In this document: positions 19,544 to 28,648 of the stretch, piece by piece
How the letters are laid out: each line of letters starts with the position of its first letter
Numbering within the stretch: position 1 is the stretch's first letter
Notes under the pieces: model-generated
The model's input: the letters and a program-made list of their open reading frames with translations, nothing else
What the model was told of the DNA's origin: nothing
The model's database searches: none
Position numbers and translations under genes: made by a program
NCBI GenBank assembly: GCA_049966395.1
Contig: JBMFUT010000001.1
Location: forward strand, 1 to 64,000
Origin: Candidatus Micrarchaeia archaeon
GTDB lineage: Archaea > Micrarchaeota > Micrarchaeia > Micrarchaeales > CABMGC01
Reading direction: 5' to 3'
Length of the DNA stretch: 64,000 nucleotides

Positions 19544-19903
19544 TCACTTCACGTTTTTCTTTACCCATTTTACAAGCTCCCTGTGCAGCATGGAGCCGCT
19601 TGTGTCTATTACCCTAAGCGTTATTGTGCCTTTGAAGGCATCGTCGTTTACTGAGATGAGCGGAATATAGTCTTCCATCTTGCAGAAGTGCAATTCTAGC
19701 CAGTGTATTCTTCCGTTGAGGTATTCCTTCACGACGTCGTCTGTCATTGGCAGGGATGAAAAGCTGAAGAGCAGCCCGTCGCACCAGTACAAGGGCATGT
19801 TGCCCGCAGGGGTGACGCGCTCCCTTATTAGGTCGTCCTTTTCCACCTTGACAACCTCGTGAAGCACTATTTCTTCTATTGGAGAGTAGGTTATTTTAAC
19901 CAT
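19544..19903 (-). CDS. hypothetical protein
   Basis: 119 aa ORF packed 4 nt from both neighbours in the operon. Confidence 0.8.
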   Translation of the reverse strand: MVKITYSPIEEIVLHEVVKVEKDDLIRERVTPAGNMPLYWCDGLLFSFSSLPMTDDVVKEYLNGRIHWLELHFCKMEDYIPLISVNDDAFKGTITLRVIDTSGSMLHRELVKWVKKNVK

Positions 19904-19907
19904 TTGC

Positions 19908-20144
19908 TCACTTCGCGCTCCTCCCGAGAAGCTTGTTCACTGTTTCCCCTGCTGAAGTCTTTGGTGTATATGCCCCTCCTGCGAAAGTCGCGCCGCAGTG
20001 GTTGCATTTCCATATGCCGGTGCTTATGCGTCTCACCGCAACCTTGCCGCAGACGTCGCACATGTATTTCGCGCGCTTTTGCGACTGCACTGCAAAGTAT
20101 CTCTTCCTGAGGCTTGCACCGTACCTTATGCTAGAGTTTGCCAT
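19908..20144 (-). CDS. rpl37ae: 50S ribosomal protein L37Ae (eL43)
   Basis: RYGASLRK, CDVCGK..VRRISTGIWKCNHCG..FAGGAY. Confidence 0.97.
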   Translation of the reverse strand: MANSSIRYGASLRKRYFAVQSQKRAKYMCDVCGKVAVRRISTGIWKCNHCGATFAGGAYTPKTSAGETVNKLLGRSAK

Positions 20145-20157
20145 TTGATTACCCGCG

Positions 20158-20943
20158 CTAATCTAATGTTCTGTCTATAATACTTTTTAACTCTTTCGAT
20201 TTTTCGAAAGAAATGTCAACGAGCTCCTCTATTGTCTTATAGGATATGGATCCGCTCAGGCCTTTCTGAATAGCCCTTATGTATTTGCCGTCTGTAGCTA
20301 TTGTGAGCCTCGAATCCATCACGTCTTCCTCGCCCTTGTTAGGGTCTAGCACCGTCTTTCCGTTTATCTTAGCGAAGGTGCAAGAAGTGACGGTGGAATT
20401 TGTTTTCAGCCTTTGAAGGGAACCCTCCCTGATTACCTTTTCATCCTCGTATTTCGGCATGCGCGCCGTGCGCAAGGCCGTGACTGCAGCAAGCGTTGCT
20501 GCATCGAAGAGATTGCCGTCGTAGTTCAACACATATATGTCTGTGAAAACAGACCATACCTTGTCTTCTCCTATGAAGAGGGACTTCATGTCGATTACTT
20601 CTCCTGCCCTTATGCCCCTGTCTACAACCCTTGCCAGCTCTATCGCTTCCGGGCTCGGAGGGCCTACATCGTAATCTGCAGACGCCAGTGGCAGCAGCTC
20701 GGCCGAAGTGACAAGATTCCCTTCCCCAGGCTTGTCGGGGAGAGGAGAATCCACGTCTATCTTCACTCCTGCTAGGACTTTTGTTCCTCCCAAGTCAACC
20801 TGGGCAGAGCCCTCTGCATTAGGTATTATACCTTTTTGTATAGTTATGGGCCGGTATTCGTACATTCCCCTTTCGCCGTCCCTGAATCCTTTGTTCAGCA
20901 GTTCCTTTATGTATTCCCCTTTTACCATATCTATTGCACGCAT
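20158..20943 (-). CDS. rrp42: exosome complex component Rrp42
   Basis: RNase PH fold; AEGSAQVDLGGT, ELARVVDRGIR, DGNLFDA. Confidence 0.96.
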   Translation of the reverse strand: MRAIDMVKGEYIKELLNKGFRDGERGMYEYRPITIQKGIIPNAEGSAQVDLGGTKVLAGVKIDVDSPLPDKPGEGNLVTSAELLPLASADYDVGPPSPEAIELARVVDRGIRAGEVIDMKSLFIGEDKVWSVFTDIYVLNYDGNLFDAATLAAVTALRTARMPKYEDEKVIREGSLQRLKTNSTVTSCTFAKINGKTVLDPNKGEEDVMDSRLTIATDGKYIRAIQKGLSGSISYKTIEELVDISFEKSKELKSIIDRTLD

Positions 20944-21690
20944 TTATTCACCCTTTCTGTACTTTTCTGTTATTTTTTCGTAGTCGCGCTTTAGCGCGTC
21001 CTTCTGCAGCTTCGATATTGTTGCTCCGGCGTCCTTAACCATTGCAAGAGCTTTTGAAAGCTCCTCCTTTGTAAGATTGCCATCCATCTGGAGCAGCAGC
21101 ACTTCGCCCGTCCTTGGGCTTATTGCGACAGGCACATCCGCGTCTGAATAGTTGTCCTCCAGCTTGTTCAGGTCTATTACAATGTTGTCGCCTATCTTCC
21201 CAGCAGAGACTGCGTATGGCAGATCACTCATCGGTATGCCTGCTGCGGCGAGGGCCACGGCTGCAGCCGTAATTCCTGCTGCTCTTGTTCCTCCGTCACT
21301 CTGCAGTACTTCTATGAATATGTCTATGCTGCACCCTGGAAACTTGTCCAGAAGTATGACGTTTTCGAACGCCTCCCTGGTGACTTTTGATATTTCTGTG
21401 GCTCTCCTGTTTGGCCCTGATCTTCCATGCTCTTCAAGCGATGAAAACGGAGCCATTGCGTACCTGCACTTCACTATCGCGCGCTCCGGATCTGCAACGT
21501 GTTTTGGGAGCGCTTCTTTTGGGCCGTAGACTGCTGCGAGTATTTTGTTGTTGCCCCATTCTATATATGCTGACCCCTCGGCATTCTTAAGGACGTTCGC
21601 CTCTATTTTTATCTTCCTGAGCTCGTCAAACGCCCTACCGTCGGTGCGCTTGCCGTTTATTATCAGCTGTGGTTTTTCTTCTACTTCCAT
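20944..21690 (-). CDS. rrp41: exosome complex exonuclease Rrp41
   Basis: RTDGR..DELR, GSAYIEWG, VYGPKE, EVLQSDGGTR. Confidence 0.97.
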   Translation of the reverse strand: MEVEEKPQLIINGKRTDGRAFDELRKIKIEANVLKNAEGSAYIEWGNNKILAAVYGPKEALPKHVADPERAIVKCRYAMAPFSSLEEHGRSGPNRRATEISKVTREAFENVILLDKFPGCSIDIFIEVLQSDGGTRAAGITAAAVALAAAGIPMSDLPYAVSAGKIGDNIVIDLNKLEDNYSDADVPVAISPRTGEVLLLQMDGNLTKEELSKALAMVKDAGATISKLQKDALKRDYEKITEKYRKGE

Positions 21691-22298
21691 TAAACAACCT
21701 TTTTTCCTTGTTTAAGCATCTCGGCTATCCTCTCGGTGAGGCCTTCCGTGTGCGCCTCTTCCACTATCCTCAATATGGCTTCGGTGGCCATTGCGACGTC
21801 GCCGCCCTTTATCCATATGCGGCCGTTCATCCCCACTATTATTGAGGAATTCGTTCCTTCTGTTATCTGCTTTATCATTGTGTTGCCCTTTCCTATAACT
21901 CGTGGAACTTTCGTAGGGGGAATGTCTATTATCTTGCCGCCATAAAGCTTCTTTGCGTACATTAGCATTACTGTCTTTGTCTCGTCAAGCTCCTTTACCT
22001 TTGCTTCCACGACGCTGCCTATTTGCAGCCTGCTAGAGACGAACCTCGCTATCAGCATTCCCTTGAAAGGCGAGTTCAGGTCTACCGAATATGAGTTGAG
22101 CCTGACCTCGTCAACAATGCCTATCACAGTGTCGCCGCGCCTGGCATTCCATGTGCCTTCCAGCGGTATCAGCGTCTTTTTCTCGTCGTCGTACAGGCCT
22201 AGTATGGCCGCATATGTCTTGTTGTCGTATATCAGTGCATTTTCCATGCTTATTGGTGCGTCTGCCAGTAAATCTCCCGGCACTACTATCTTGTTCAT
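21690..22298 (-). CDS. rrp4: exosome complex RNA-binding protein Rrp4
   Basis: IVVPGD, S1 domain, KH motif KVPRVIGKG, GMNGRIW, EAHTEGLTERI. Confidence 0.95.
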   Translation of the reverse strand: MNKIVVPGDLLADAPISMENALIYDNKTYAAILGLYDDEKKTLIPLEGTWNARRGDTVIGIVDEVRLNSYSVDLNSPFKGMLIARFVSSRLQIGSVVEAKVKELDETKTVMLMYAKKLYGGKIIDIPPTKVPRVIGKGNTMIKQITEGTNSSIIVGMNGRIWIKGGDVAMATEAILRIVEEAHTEGLTERIAEMLKQGKKVV

Positions 22299-22302
22299 GA
22301 AA

Positions 22303-23007
22303 TCATCTAGAAGAAGTTTCCAATATCTTTGTTATCGCATTGCCGTGCGTGAGCCCGTTCAGCTTGTCAAAAAATTCAGTCTGGAGCCCAGCGGGAAATT
22401 CCAGAGTGGCGTCAAGCGAGCCGTCGCCGAGCCATTTCTCGCTCTTGAGGCCGTACTGCTTGAGCAGGTTGTAGCACCTGTTTGCCGAATCTGGAGGTAT
22501 TGTCACTTCAATAGTAACGTTTGCAAACTTTATTGGCAGAATGAGCGAGAGCTTTTTCAGTATCGGCTCTATCTGCTCGTTCGCGTTCTTGAATGGATCT
22601 ATTGTTATGCGCGCCTCGTTCATGGCGTTCTCTATTCTCTGCGCGGGATGCGGCGCATTTGTTCGCGGATCTATTGCATTCCTCGCTATGGTGTTTATTA
22701 TCTGCCTCTTCTTTTCCTCCATGAGCTTGTTGCGCTGTTCCGTTGTTATAGGGACGTTGCCCTTCTTCAGTATAATGTCTACTATCTTTGCCAGGTCTGT
22801 AGTGTTGAAGGCTTTCTTCAGCTTTTCCTGGTTCTGGCGCTCGCCCTTGTTGGCGTCCTTGAAAACCTCGTCGGCTTCCAGCACCGAAAGGGGATCCGAC
22901 CTCTTTCCAGTAATGTACTCATAAGCAAGGTCAGAGTCTACCAGTATTTCGAAGTTTTCCCCGCTAACCGAATATTTTGCTATCACTGCTTTAGACATGC
23001 CACTCAT
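22303..23007 (-). CDS. sdo1: ribosome maturation factor SBDS/Sdo1
   Basis: GENFEILVD, VFKDANKG, ITTEQR, DPRTNAPHPAQRIENAM. Confidence 0.96.
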   Translation of the reverse strand: MSGMSKAVIAKYSVSGENFEILVDSDLAYEYITGKRSDPLSVLEADEVFKDANKGERQNQEKLKKAFNTTDLAKIVDIILKKGNVPITTEQRNKLMEEKKRQIINTIARNAIDPRTNAPHPAQRIENAMNEARITIDPFKNANEQIEPILKKLSLILPIKFANVTIEVTIPPDSANRCYNLLKQYGLKSEKWLGDGSLDATLEFPAGLQTEFFDKLNGLTHGNAITKILETSSR

Positions 23008-23013
23008 CAACAA

Positions 23014-23712
23014 TTAGATGTACTTTGATATCTCCTCAGCCGACAGGGAATAGTATCCGTTGTCCTCGTTTATGTAAGAGATATCTATATTTTCGTTAGA
23101 AAGCTTCCCCTCGTTTATCTTCTTTATTATCTTTGTGCCTAGCGCCATTGCGTCTTCTAGGCCTATGTTTTCCTTGTATTCCTTTACAAGTATCTCTGAG
23201 GCAACTTTCTTGCCCATTCCTATGGCGTCGGCTTTGTAGCCCAAGTATGATGCTCCAGGTTCTATTTCAAACAGACGCGGCTCCGAGTCAAACCCGCCGA
23301 GGAGTATAGAAACCGCGTAAGGCCTCATGCCCCCGTACTGGGTTGCTTGCATCATGTAACCTGAAATTTCCCTTGCCACGGCGCCTATAGACTTGACGTC
23401 GTTGTATATCAGCCTATGATTCTGCGCTATAGATCTTGCAATGTCTATAACGTGCAGGCCGTCGGACATCATTCCGCTGTATGTTGCACCTATATGCTGG
23501 TCCACCCTGAATATCTTTTGTATAGTGCTTGGAACTGCCAGCTCTTCTGTTATGTTCTTGTGGGCCACGAAAAGCACAAAATCCTTGCCTACAATGCCTA
23601 TTGAAGTGGCGCCCTTTCTTACCGCTTCCTTTGCGTATTCCACCTGGAAAAGCCTTCCGTCAGGGTTGAACATTACTCCTCTGTCATAAGCTTGTACGTT
23701 TGGGTACATCAT
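23014..23712 (-). CDS. psmA: proteasome subunit alpha
   Basis: YDRGVMFNPDGRLFQVEYAKEAV, GGMRPYAVS. Confidence 0.97.
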   Translation of the reverse strand: MMYPNVQAYDRGVMFNPDGRLFQVEYAKEAVRKGATSIGIVGKDFVLFVAHKNITEELAVPSTIQKIFRVDQHIGATYSGMMSDGLHVIDIARSIAQNHRLIYNDVKSIGAVAREISGYMMQATQYGGMRPYAVSILLGGFDSEPRLFEIEPGASYLGYKADAIGMGKKVASEILVKEYKENIGLEDAMALGTKIIKKINEGKLSNENIDISYINEDNGYYSLSAEEISKYI

Positions 23713-23897
23713 TTCACCGTTTATGGGTTATATTAGAATATAAGACACTATAAATATGCAGTGTATAATTATATATTTTTGCCTGCAGGTCTTGTAGAGA
23801 TCGTATTCTTCTGCGGATGGCCTCCTCCGTGCCCGGCCTGAAGGCCGCGGTTCTCTTGCGATAGGTTATAATATTTCTTGCTTTTGTATGTTTATAT

Positions 23898-24482
23898 ATG
23901 GAAAACAGCGATTTGGAGCAGCTGCAGAAGTACAGCAAGCTCTACCTTGAAATAATCATGCGATACAAGGACTACATAGAAGAAAATGAGCAGCTGTATG
24001 TTGCAGAGTTGCCAAAGCTTGTAACTCCTGACAACGATTCTGTTGTCGCGACGGTCAACAAGATAAAGAGCGGCTTCCCTATGTACAGTTTCGAGGAAAA
24101 TTTCAAGGACGCCATAAGAGCATCTTACGAATATGTAAATAGTGAAATTTCTACCATAGAAGTTCCTATACAGTTCTGGCTAACCCCAGAGGAAACTATA
24201 AGAATAGGAGCCGGGGATCTTTTTGACAAGGCCGTGCTGCTTTGCAGCATGCTCATTGCGCTCGGCAATCCTTCAACAAAAATAATTGTAATGATAGACG
24301 ACAGCGAAAGGCGTTTTGTAGTATATTCAGAGCTTCAGAACGGCCTGGTAGCCATAGATCTCTCGTCCGGCATCAGCGAATACGCCAGCAAGGAAGAGCT
24401 CATTGAAAAGCTTGGGATAGGCAAAGAGGAGGAGATGACGGCGTACGAGTTCAACGACAAGATGTACAGCAACCTTGCCTAG
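23898..24482 (+). CDS. transglutaminase-like (cysteine protease fold) protein, probably inactive
   Basis: FWLTPEETI...AGDLFDKAVLLCSMLIALG resembles W..P.ET....GDCEDxAxLLxS. Confidence 0.7.
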   Translation: MENSDLEQLQKYSKLYLEIIMRYKDYIEENEQLYVAELPKLVTPDNDSVVATVNKIKSGFPMYSFEENFKDAIRASYEYVNSEISTIEVPIQFWLTPEETIRIGAGDLFDKAVLLCSMLIALGNPSTKIIVMIDDSERRFVVYSELQNGLVAIDLSSGISEYASKEELIEKLGIGKEEEMTAYEFNDKMYSNLA

Positions 24483-24574
24483 CGACTTCTGAGCTCCCTC
24501 TTTAGCCTTGCCGCCTTCCTCTTCCTGTAGCTCTTGCCTACTTTTCTCTTTTTCTTGCTCACGTTTTTCTGCAT
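24479..24574 (-). CDS. putative 31-aa highly basic small protein
   Basis: Manual translation MQKNVSKKKRKVGKSYRKRKAARLKRELRSR; GTGA SD-like motif 4 nt upstream; stop overlaps the convergent gene's stop. Confidence 0.55.
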   Translation of the reverse strand: MQKNVSKKKRKVGKSYRKRKAARLKRELRSR

Positions 24575-24625
24575 GCAATCACTGCAATTTTAGCATTGCG
24601 TATTTGCCTGGCAAAATATATATGC

Positions 24626-24925
24626 TCATGCCCTTGATAGAAGAGCCTTTATTGTGCCTGACACTTTCGTAGTGCAAAGGCATGCCCTTGAGCCACCGAG
24701 GCTTCTTATGAAGGATGTTGCCAGGATTACCTGCCTTTCTGTATTCCTTCCGGTTTTTATTGCAAAAGAGTTTTCGGATACATTTATTATGCGCGGCCCA
24801 GCCTCTGCATACGCCTGAACGCCCATGAAGTCCAGGAGTTTTGAGCGCAGCTCCACGTAATCCTGTTCGGAAATTTTTTGCGGGGATTCTACCAGCACGT
24901 ATCTATTTTTCTTTTTAAGTATCAT
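24626..24925 (-). CDS. rnp2: ribonuclease P protein component Pop5/Rpp14
   Basis: KKKNRYVLVE...KVSGTIKAL. Confidence 0.85.
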   Translation of the reverse strand: MILKKKNRYVLVESPQKISEQDYVELRSKLLDFMGVQAYAEAGPRIINVSENSFAIKTGRNTERQVILATSFIRSLGGSRACLCTTKVSGTIKALLSRA

Positions 24926-25436
24926 ACAGCATCTCGCCCATTTCGTTAAGCATTCTTTTTGCGCCTTCTTCGCTGGCGCCTATGAGCTTGGCTATTTCGG
25001 CAAGCTGCGCGGAGGAATAAACATCGTATATTGATTGCGCAAGGGAGGCAATTGCGGTCTTGACGCCTATGTGTTCGGCGTTCCTGAATAGTTCCCTCGC
25101 CCTGCGGATTCTATGCGTTGCCTCTGCGCGGTCCTGCAGCACCACCTGCATTGGAGAGAATACGAGAAACTTGTCGTAGTCGCGGAGTTCGCTCATCAGC
25201 ATCTTCCTGATTGCAAGATCCTCGAAAACTACGCCTATTATGCCTTCCAGCCTCGCCGCTTTCGAAATCAGGCGCGAGTCGCTTGTGACAAGTATTCCCG
25301 GCGTTTCGCTGCCTGTGCCTTCTAATTTTCTTGCCACCGCTATTTCGCCTGGGCCGAAAATCCTCCTGAAGCCTAGCCTGGAAGTGAATTGGGCGTATGC
25401 GCCCAGGTCGGAGTTGACAAAATCAAAAAAATACAT
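24915..25436 (-). CDS. rnp3: ribonuclease P protein component Rpp30 (divergent)
   Basis: C-terminal IASLAQSIYDVYSSAQLAEIAKLIG pattern and conserved position next to pop5. Confidence 0.65.
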   Translation of the reverse strand: MYFFDFVNSDLGAYAQFTSRLGFRRIFGPGEIAVARKLEGTGSETPGILVTSDSRLISKAARLEGIIGVVFEDLAIRKMLMSELRDYDKFLVFSPMQVVLQDRAEATHRIRRARELFRNAEHIGVKTAIASLAQSIYDVYSSAQLAEIAKLIGASEEGAKRMLNEMGEMLYDT

Positions 25437-25440
25437 CGAA

Positions 25441-26670
25441 TCATTGCTTGCCCTCTGCCTCGCTTTCCTTCATTATGCTCTTTTCTACTGTTTCCTTTAT
25501 TCTTTCTGGCGAGTATGAAAGCTTTATGAGCTTGGTGTGCCCCCTTATGCCCTTGCCGGATTCGTATGTTGTTATGAGCCCCTGCATGTCCAGATCTGCT
25601 ATGTACTTCCTGTACCACCTTGAACTTTTCGCTTCTTTGTTCAGCGAGTTTGCTATTGCGGCGTACTTGCTATATATCTCGCCGCTGAACAGGTAGTTTT
25701 CATCATCGTCAGTGAGCTTCTTGTAGCGTCCTCCCTTGAGGGTCAGCAGCGCTATGGCGTATATGACTAGCTTCTGGTGCTCCGGCAGCGTGCTCACAAG
25801 CTCATATGCAACTTCTTCCTCCGCAGACTTAGAAGCTTCCTCCACCTCGGCCGCGGTTATTTTGGTAAGCGAGCGCTCCTCTGCAATCTCGCCGGCCTTC
25901 GAGAGTATTGTGAGTGCAAGCCTCGCGTCGCCGCTCTCCTTGGCAGCTATTGCTGCAGCAAGATTTATGGCGTCAGGTTCTACCACGCCAGGCTTAAATC
26001 CAAGGCTTACGCGCTGCTTAAGTATGGCAGTAAGCTCTGGCGAGTTGTAAGGAGGAAACACTATTTCTGTTTCGTAAAGAGTCGATATGCTTCTGGGGTC
26101 TAAGTTTTCCTTGAATGATATCTTGTTAGATATCCCTACTATTGTTATGCCTCCTGCCTTTATGTCGCTGTTGCCCCTTGTCAGTGTGTATATAAGGTCG
26201 TCAAGATCCTTCACTGTGTCTATTTCGTCAAGCACCGCTATGAATATCTTTCCGTCCTCTTCTATCCAGTTTATTATCTTCTCATATATGTCTACAATGC
26301 TGTAGCCTCTCTTTGCATAAGAGGGCAGGTGGTCGTTGATTATCTTGCTCAGCACCCTGTAGCGAGAGTTGTATATCCTGCAGTTTATGTACGATATTTT
26401 TGACTTTACTTCTTGTATTTCCTTTGCTTTGTCTATTACATAGCGTATACAGGAAGTCTTCCCAGTGCCTGTCTTACCGTATATGAACAGGTTGCGCCCG
26501 CGGCTGCCCTTGAATGCAGGCGTCAGGGCTTTTATTATGCTTTCTATCTGCTTCTCCCTGAAGAGCAGGTTGTCTGGTATGTAGTGAGGCGAAAGCACCT
26601 CCCTGTTGGCAAATATCTGCGACTCCTTGAGCAATCCTGAGAAATCACTGTTTGCCAAGCCAACCCCCAC
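25441..26670 (-). CDS. cdc6: Orc1/Cdc6 replication initiator
   Basis: LSPHYIPDNLLFRE, Walker A GKTGTGKT, Walker B VLDEID, FPPYN, GDARLA, C-terminal winged helix. Confidence 0.96.
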   Translation of the reverse strand: MGVGLANSDFSGLLKESQIFANREVLSPHYIPDNLLFREKQIESIIKALTPAFKGSRGRNLFIYGKTGTGKTSCIRYVIDKAKEIQEVKSKISYINCRIYNSRYRVLSKIINDHLPSYAKRGYSIVDIYEKIINWIEEDGKIFIAVLDEIDTVKDLDDLIYTLTRGNSDIKAGGITIVGISNKISFKENLDPRSISTLYETEIVFPPYNSPELTAILKQRVSLGFKPGVVEPDAINLAAAIAAKESGDARLALTILSKAGEIAEERSLTKITAAEVEEASKSAEEEVAYELVSTLPEHQKLVIYAIALLTLKGGRYKKLTDDDENYLFSGEIYSKYAAIANSLNKEAKSSRWYRKYIADLDMQGLITTYESGKGIRGHTKLIKLSYSPERIKETVEKSIMKESEAEGKQ

Positions 26671-27461
26671 TATACGTTACTAAATTTGCTAATGATATTT
26701 ATAAACTCTTCTTTGATTTCGTTGTCCTCCAATACTGGTACCTTTCCCTCGTCGCTAAATTTGCTGAACTTTTGATCGTTTTTTATGATGCCAAGGACAT
26801 CGCATCCCACCGCTTCCGCTACAGCTTTGGCAGCGCTGCCTGATCCGTCAGACATGTTTTCTATGACTCCGAGAACCGCCACGCTCAGCTTTTTCGCCAT
26901 CTTCCCAGAGCGTATTGTGTTTATTGACGCTATGCGCTGCGGCGTAGTGACAAGCAGTATGCCGTCAAGGTCTAGCAATTGCATTATTGTTAAGGGAGCG
27001 TCGCTAGTGCCAGGGGGAAGGTCTATGACAAGGTAGTCTAGGTCTCCCCATGCGGTGTTCTCGAAAAATTCTCCGAGCATTTTGTTTATTATAGGGCCGC
27101 GCCAGATTATCGGCTGCGTGGCGCTGTCGGCAAACATTGCTGTTGAAACGACTTTTACTCCGTGTTTTTCCATAGGTAGTATGGTGCCGCTCTGATTGGA
27201 GTGCTCTTCTATGCCAAGGAACAGAGCCATGTTTGGGCAATCTATGTCTGCATCAAGAAGGCCCACCTTGAACCCTTTAGATCTCAATGCATATGCTATG
27301 TTGACTGCGATTGTAGTCTTGCCGACTCCGCCCTTTGCGCTATATATTCCTATCTTGTGCTTTATGCTGGAAAGCTTCTGCTTAATGCGCTCTTTTTGCC
27401 TTATTACACCTGCAAAAGAGGGGTCTATTCTCTGCCCTTGCTGGGGCTGTTGTTCTGGCAT
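26670..27461 (-). CDS. Mrp/NBP35-family P-loop ATPase lacking the CxxC Fe-S motif
   Basis: SAKGGVGKTT, LLDADIDCP, IIWRGP, WGDLDYLVIDLPPGTSD, VTTPQ, IENMS. Confidence 0.9.
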   Translation of the reverse strand: MPEQQPQQGQRIDPSFAGVIRQKERIKQKLSSIKHKIGIYSAKGGVGKTTIAVNIAYALRSKGFKVGLLDADIDCPNMALFLGIEEHSNQSGTILPMEKHGVKVVSTAMFADSATQPIIWRGPIINKMLGEFFENTAWGDLDYLVIDLPPGTSDAPLTIMQLLDLDGILLVTTPQRIASINTIRSGKMAKKLSVAVLGVIENMSDGSGSAAKAVAEAVGCDVLGIIKNDQKFSKFSDEGKVPVLEDNEIKEEFINIISKFSNV

Positions 27462-27517
27462 GTAATCATGTGCTAGTATATAGTTAGTAAATTATATTTT
27501 TGTTTTGCTTTACATAT

Positions 27518-28201
27518 GTGGAGGTCTTCGTTGGTACTTCTGGATGGCTTTACGACTGGAACGAGAGGCAGAGCCTTGACTGGTACGTTGGCAATTCCGG
27601 ACTCAATGCCATAGAGCTCAACGCAAGCTTCTACAGGTTTCCTTTTCCAAACCAGGTAAAGGCGTGGAGCGAAAAAGGATCTTCTCTGCGATGGGTGATA
27701 AAGGTGAACAGGCTTGTCACTCACATACACATGCTAAACTATAAGGCTGGAGAGACTTACGAGAAGTTCATTGCGCTATTCAAGCCTCTTGACAAAATTG
27801 TGGATTTTTATCTGCTGCAGATGCCCCCGAACTTCTCGGCCAAAATGAGTGGAAGAGTTGAAGATTTCTCAAAAAGTTTCAACGGCAAGAAAATGGCATT
27901 TGAATTCAGGAACAGAAGCTGGTATGAGTACAACTTCGACAGGCTGAATATTGACGGCGCTGTTGTGTCTCCCGACTCGCCGGATGTGCAAGGCGCAGTG
28001 TGGATGAAGAACGGGACAATATACATGAGGTTCCACGGAAGGGGCTCTTGGTACTCATACAAATACAGCGATAGGGAACTTGACGAAACTGCAAAAAAAT
28101 GCGCTGCGCTATCGCCAAGGCGCCTGTACGCATTCTTCAACAACGATCACAACATGTTAAGAAATGCGAGGCGCTTTCAAAGCGCTGCCATGGGTCGCTA
28201 G
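27518..28201 (+). CDS. DUF72 family protein
   Basis: VFVGTSGWLY, AIELNASFYRFP, LLQMPP, FEFRN.SW, YMRFHG, YAFFNND; probable GTG start 27518. Confidence 0.93.
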   Translation: MEVFVGTSGWLYDWNERQSLDWYVGNSGLNAIELNASFYRFPFPNQVKAWSEKGSSLRWVIKVNRLVTHIHMLNYKAGETYEKFIALFKPLDKIVDFYLLQMPPNFSAKMSGRVEDFSKSFNGKKMAFEFRNRSWYEYNFDRLNIDGAVVSPDSPDVQGAVWMKNGTIYMRFHGRGSWYSYKYSDRELDETAKKCAALSPRRLYAFFNNDHNMLRNARRFQSAAMGR

Positions 28202-28279
28202 CCAGGCGTTATGGCCTTAAGACCACGGATAAGTTCTTATAGTTAATTATGCTTATGCTTAATTTGAAATGGTGATTTT

Positions 28280-28648
28280 ATGAACATCAGCGAACTCAAG
28301 GCAGGCGCAAGAAACGTAACTTTAGAGGCGCGAGTAGTAGAGAAGGACGATCCAAGGGAAGTCGTAACTAAATATGGAAAGAGGCTAAATGTTGCAAACA
28401 TAACGCTAAAGGATGACACCGGCAGCATTGTAATGTCGCTGTGGGGCAACGATATAGACCTTGTCAGCGTTGGAGACAAGATAAGGGTAACAAACGGCTA
28501 TGTAACTGAATTCAGAGGGACTCCGCAGCTTTCGGCTGGCAAGTTCGGCAAGCTTGAAGTAATAGAACGTTCCGGCAAATCCGACGAGCTTGGAGACACT
28601 GAAGGAATAGAGTCAAGTTCTTCTGACGAGGACCCTGATGCAGAATGA
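28280..28648 (+). CDS. ssb: single-stranded DNA-binding protein (single OB fold, acidic tail)
   Basis: LKDDTGSIVMSLW, VGDKIRVTNGYVTEFRG; acidic C-terminus; GGTGA SD. Confidence 0.9.
   Translation: MNISELKAGARNVTLEARVVEKDDPREVVTKYGKRLNVANITLKDDTGSIVMSLWGNDIDLVSVGDKIRVTNGYVTEFRGTPQLSAGKFGKLEVIERSGKSDELGDTEGIESSSSDEDPDAE

Noticed and set aside
23786..23860. HDV-like ribozyme suggested by CCTCCTC
   Set aside because: Could not build the P1 G-U start, P1.1 and J4/2 elements consistently
23714..23938. ORF containing RKRTAAFRPGTEEAIRRRIR, superficially like histone H3 RYRPGTVALREIR
   Set aside because: Very short match, no histone fold, no credible start or SD, and it runs through promoter-like AT tracts; likely chance
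25441..27520. Replication origin adjacent to cdc6
   Set aside because: cdc6 is embedded in an operon with no intergenic space, and no ORB-like repeats were seen nearby
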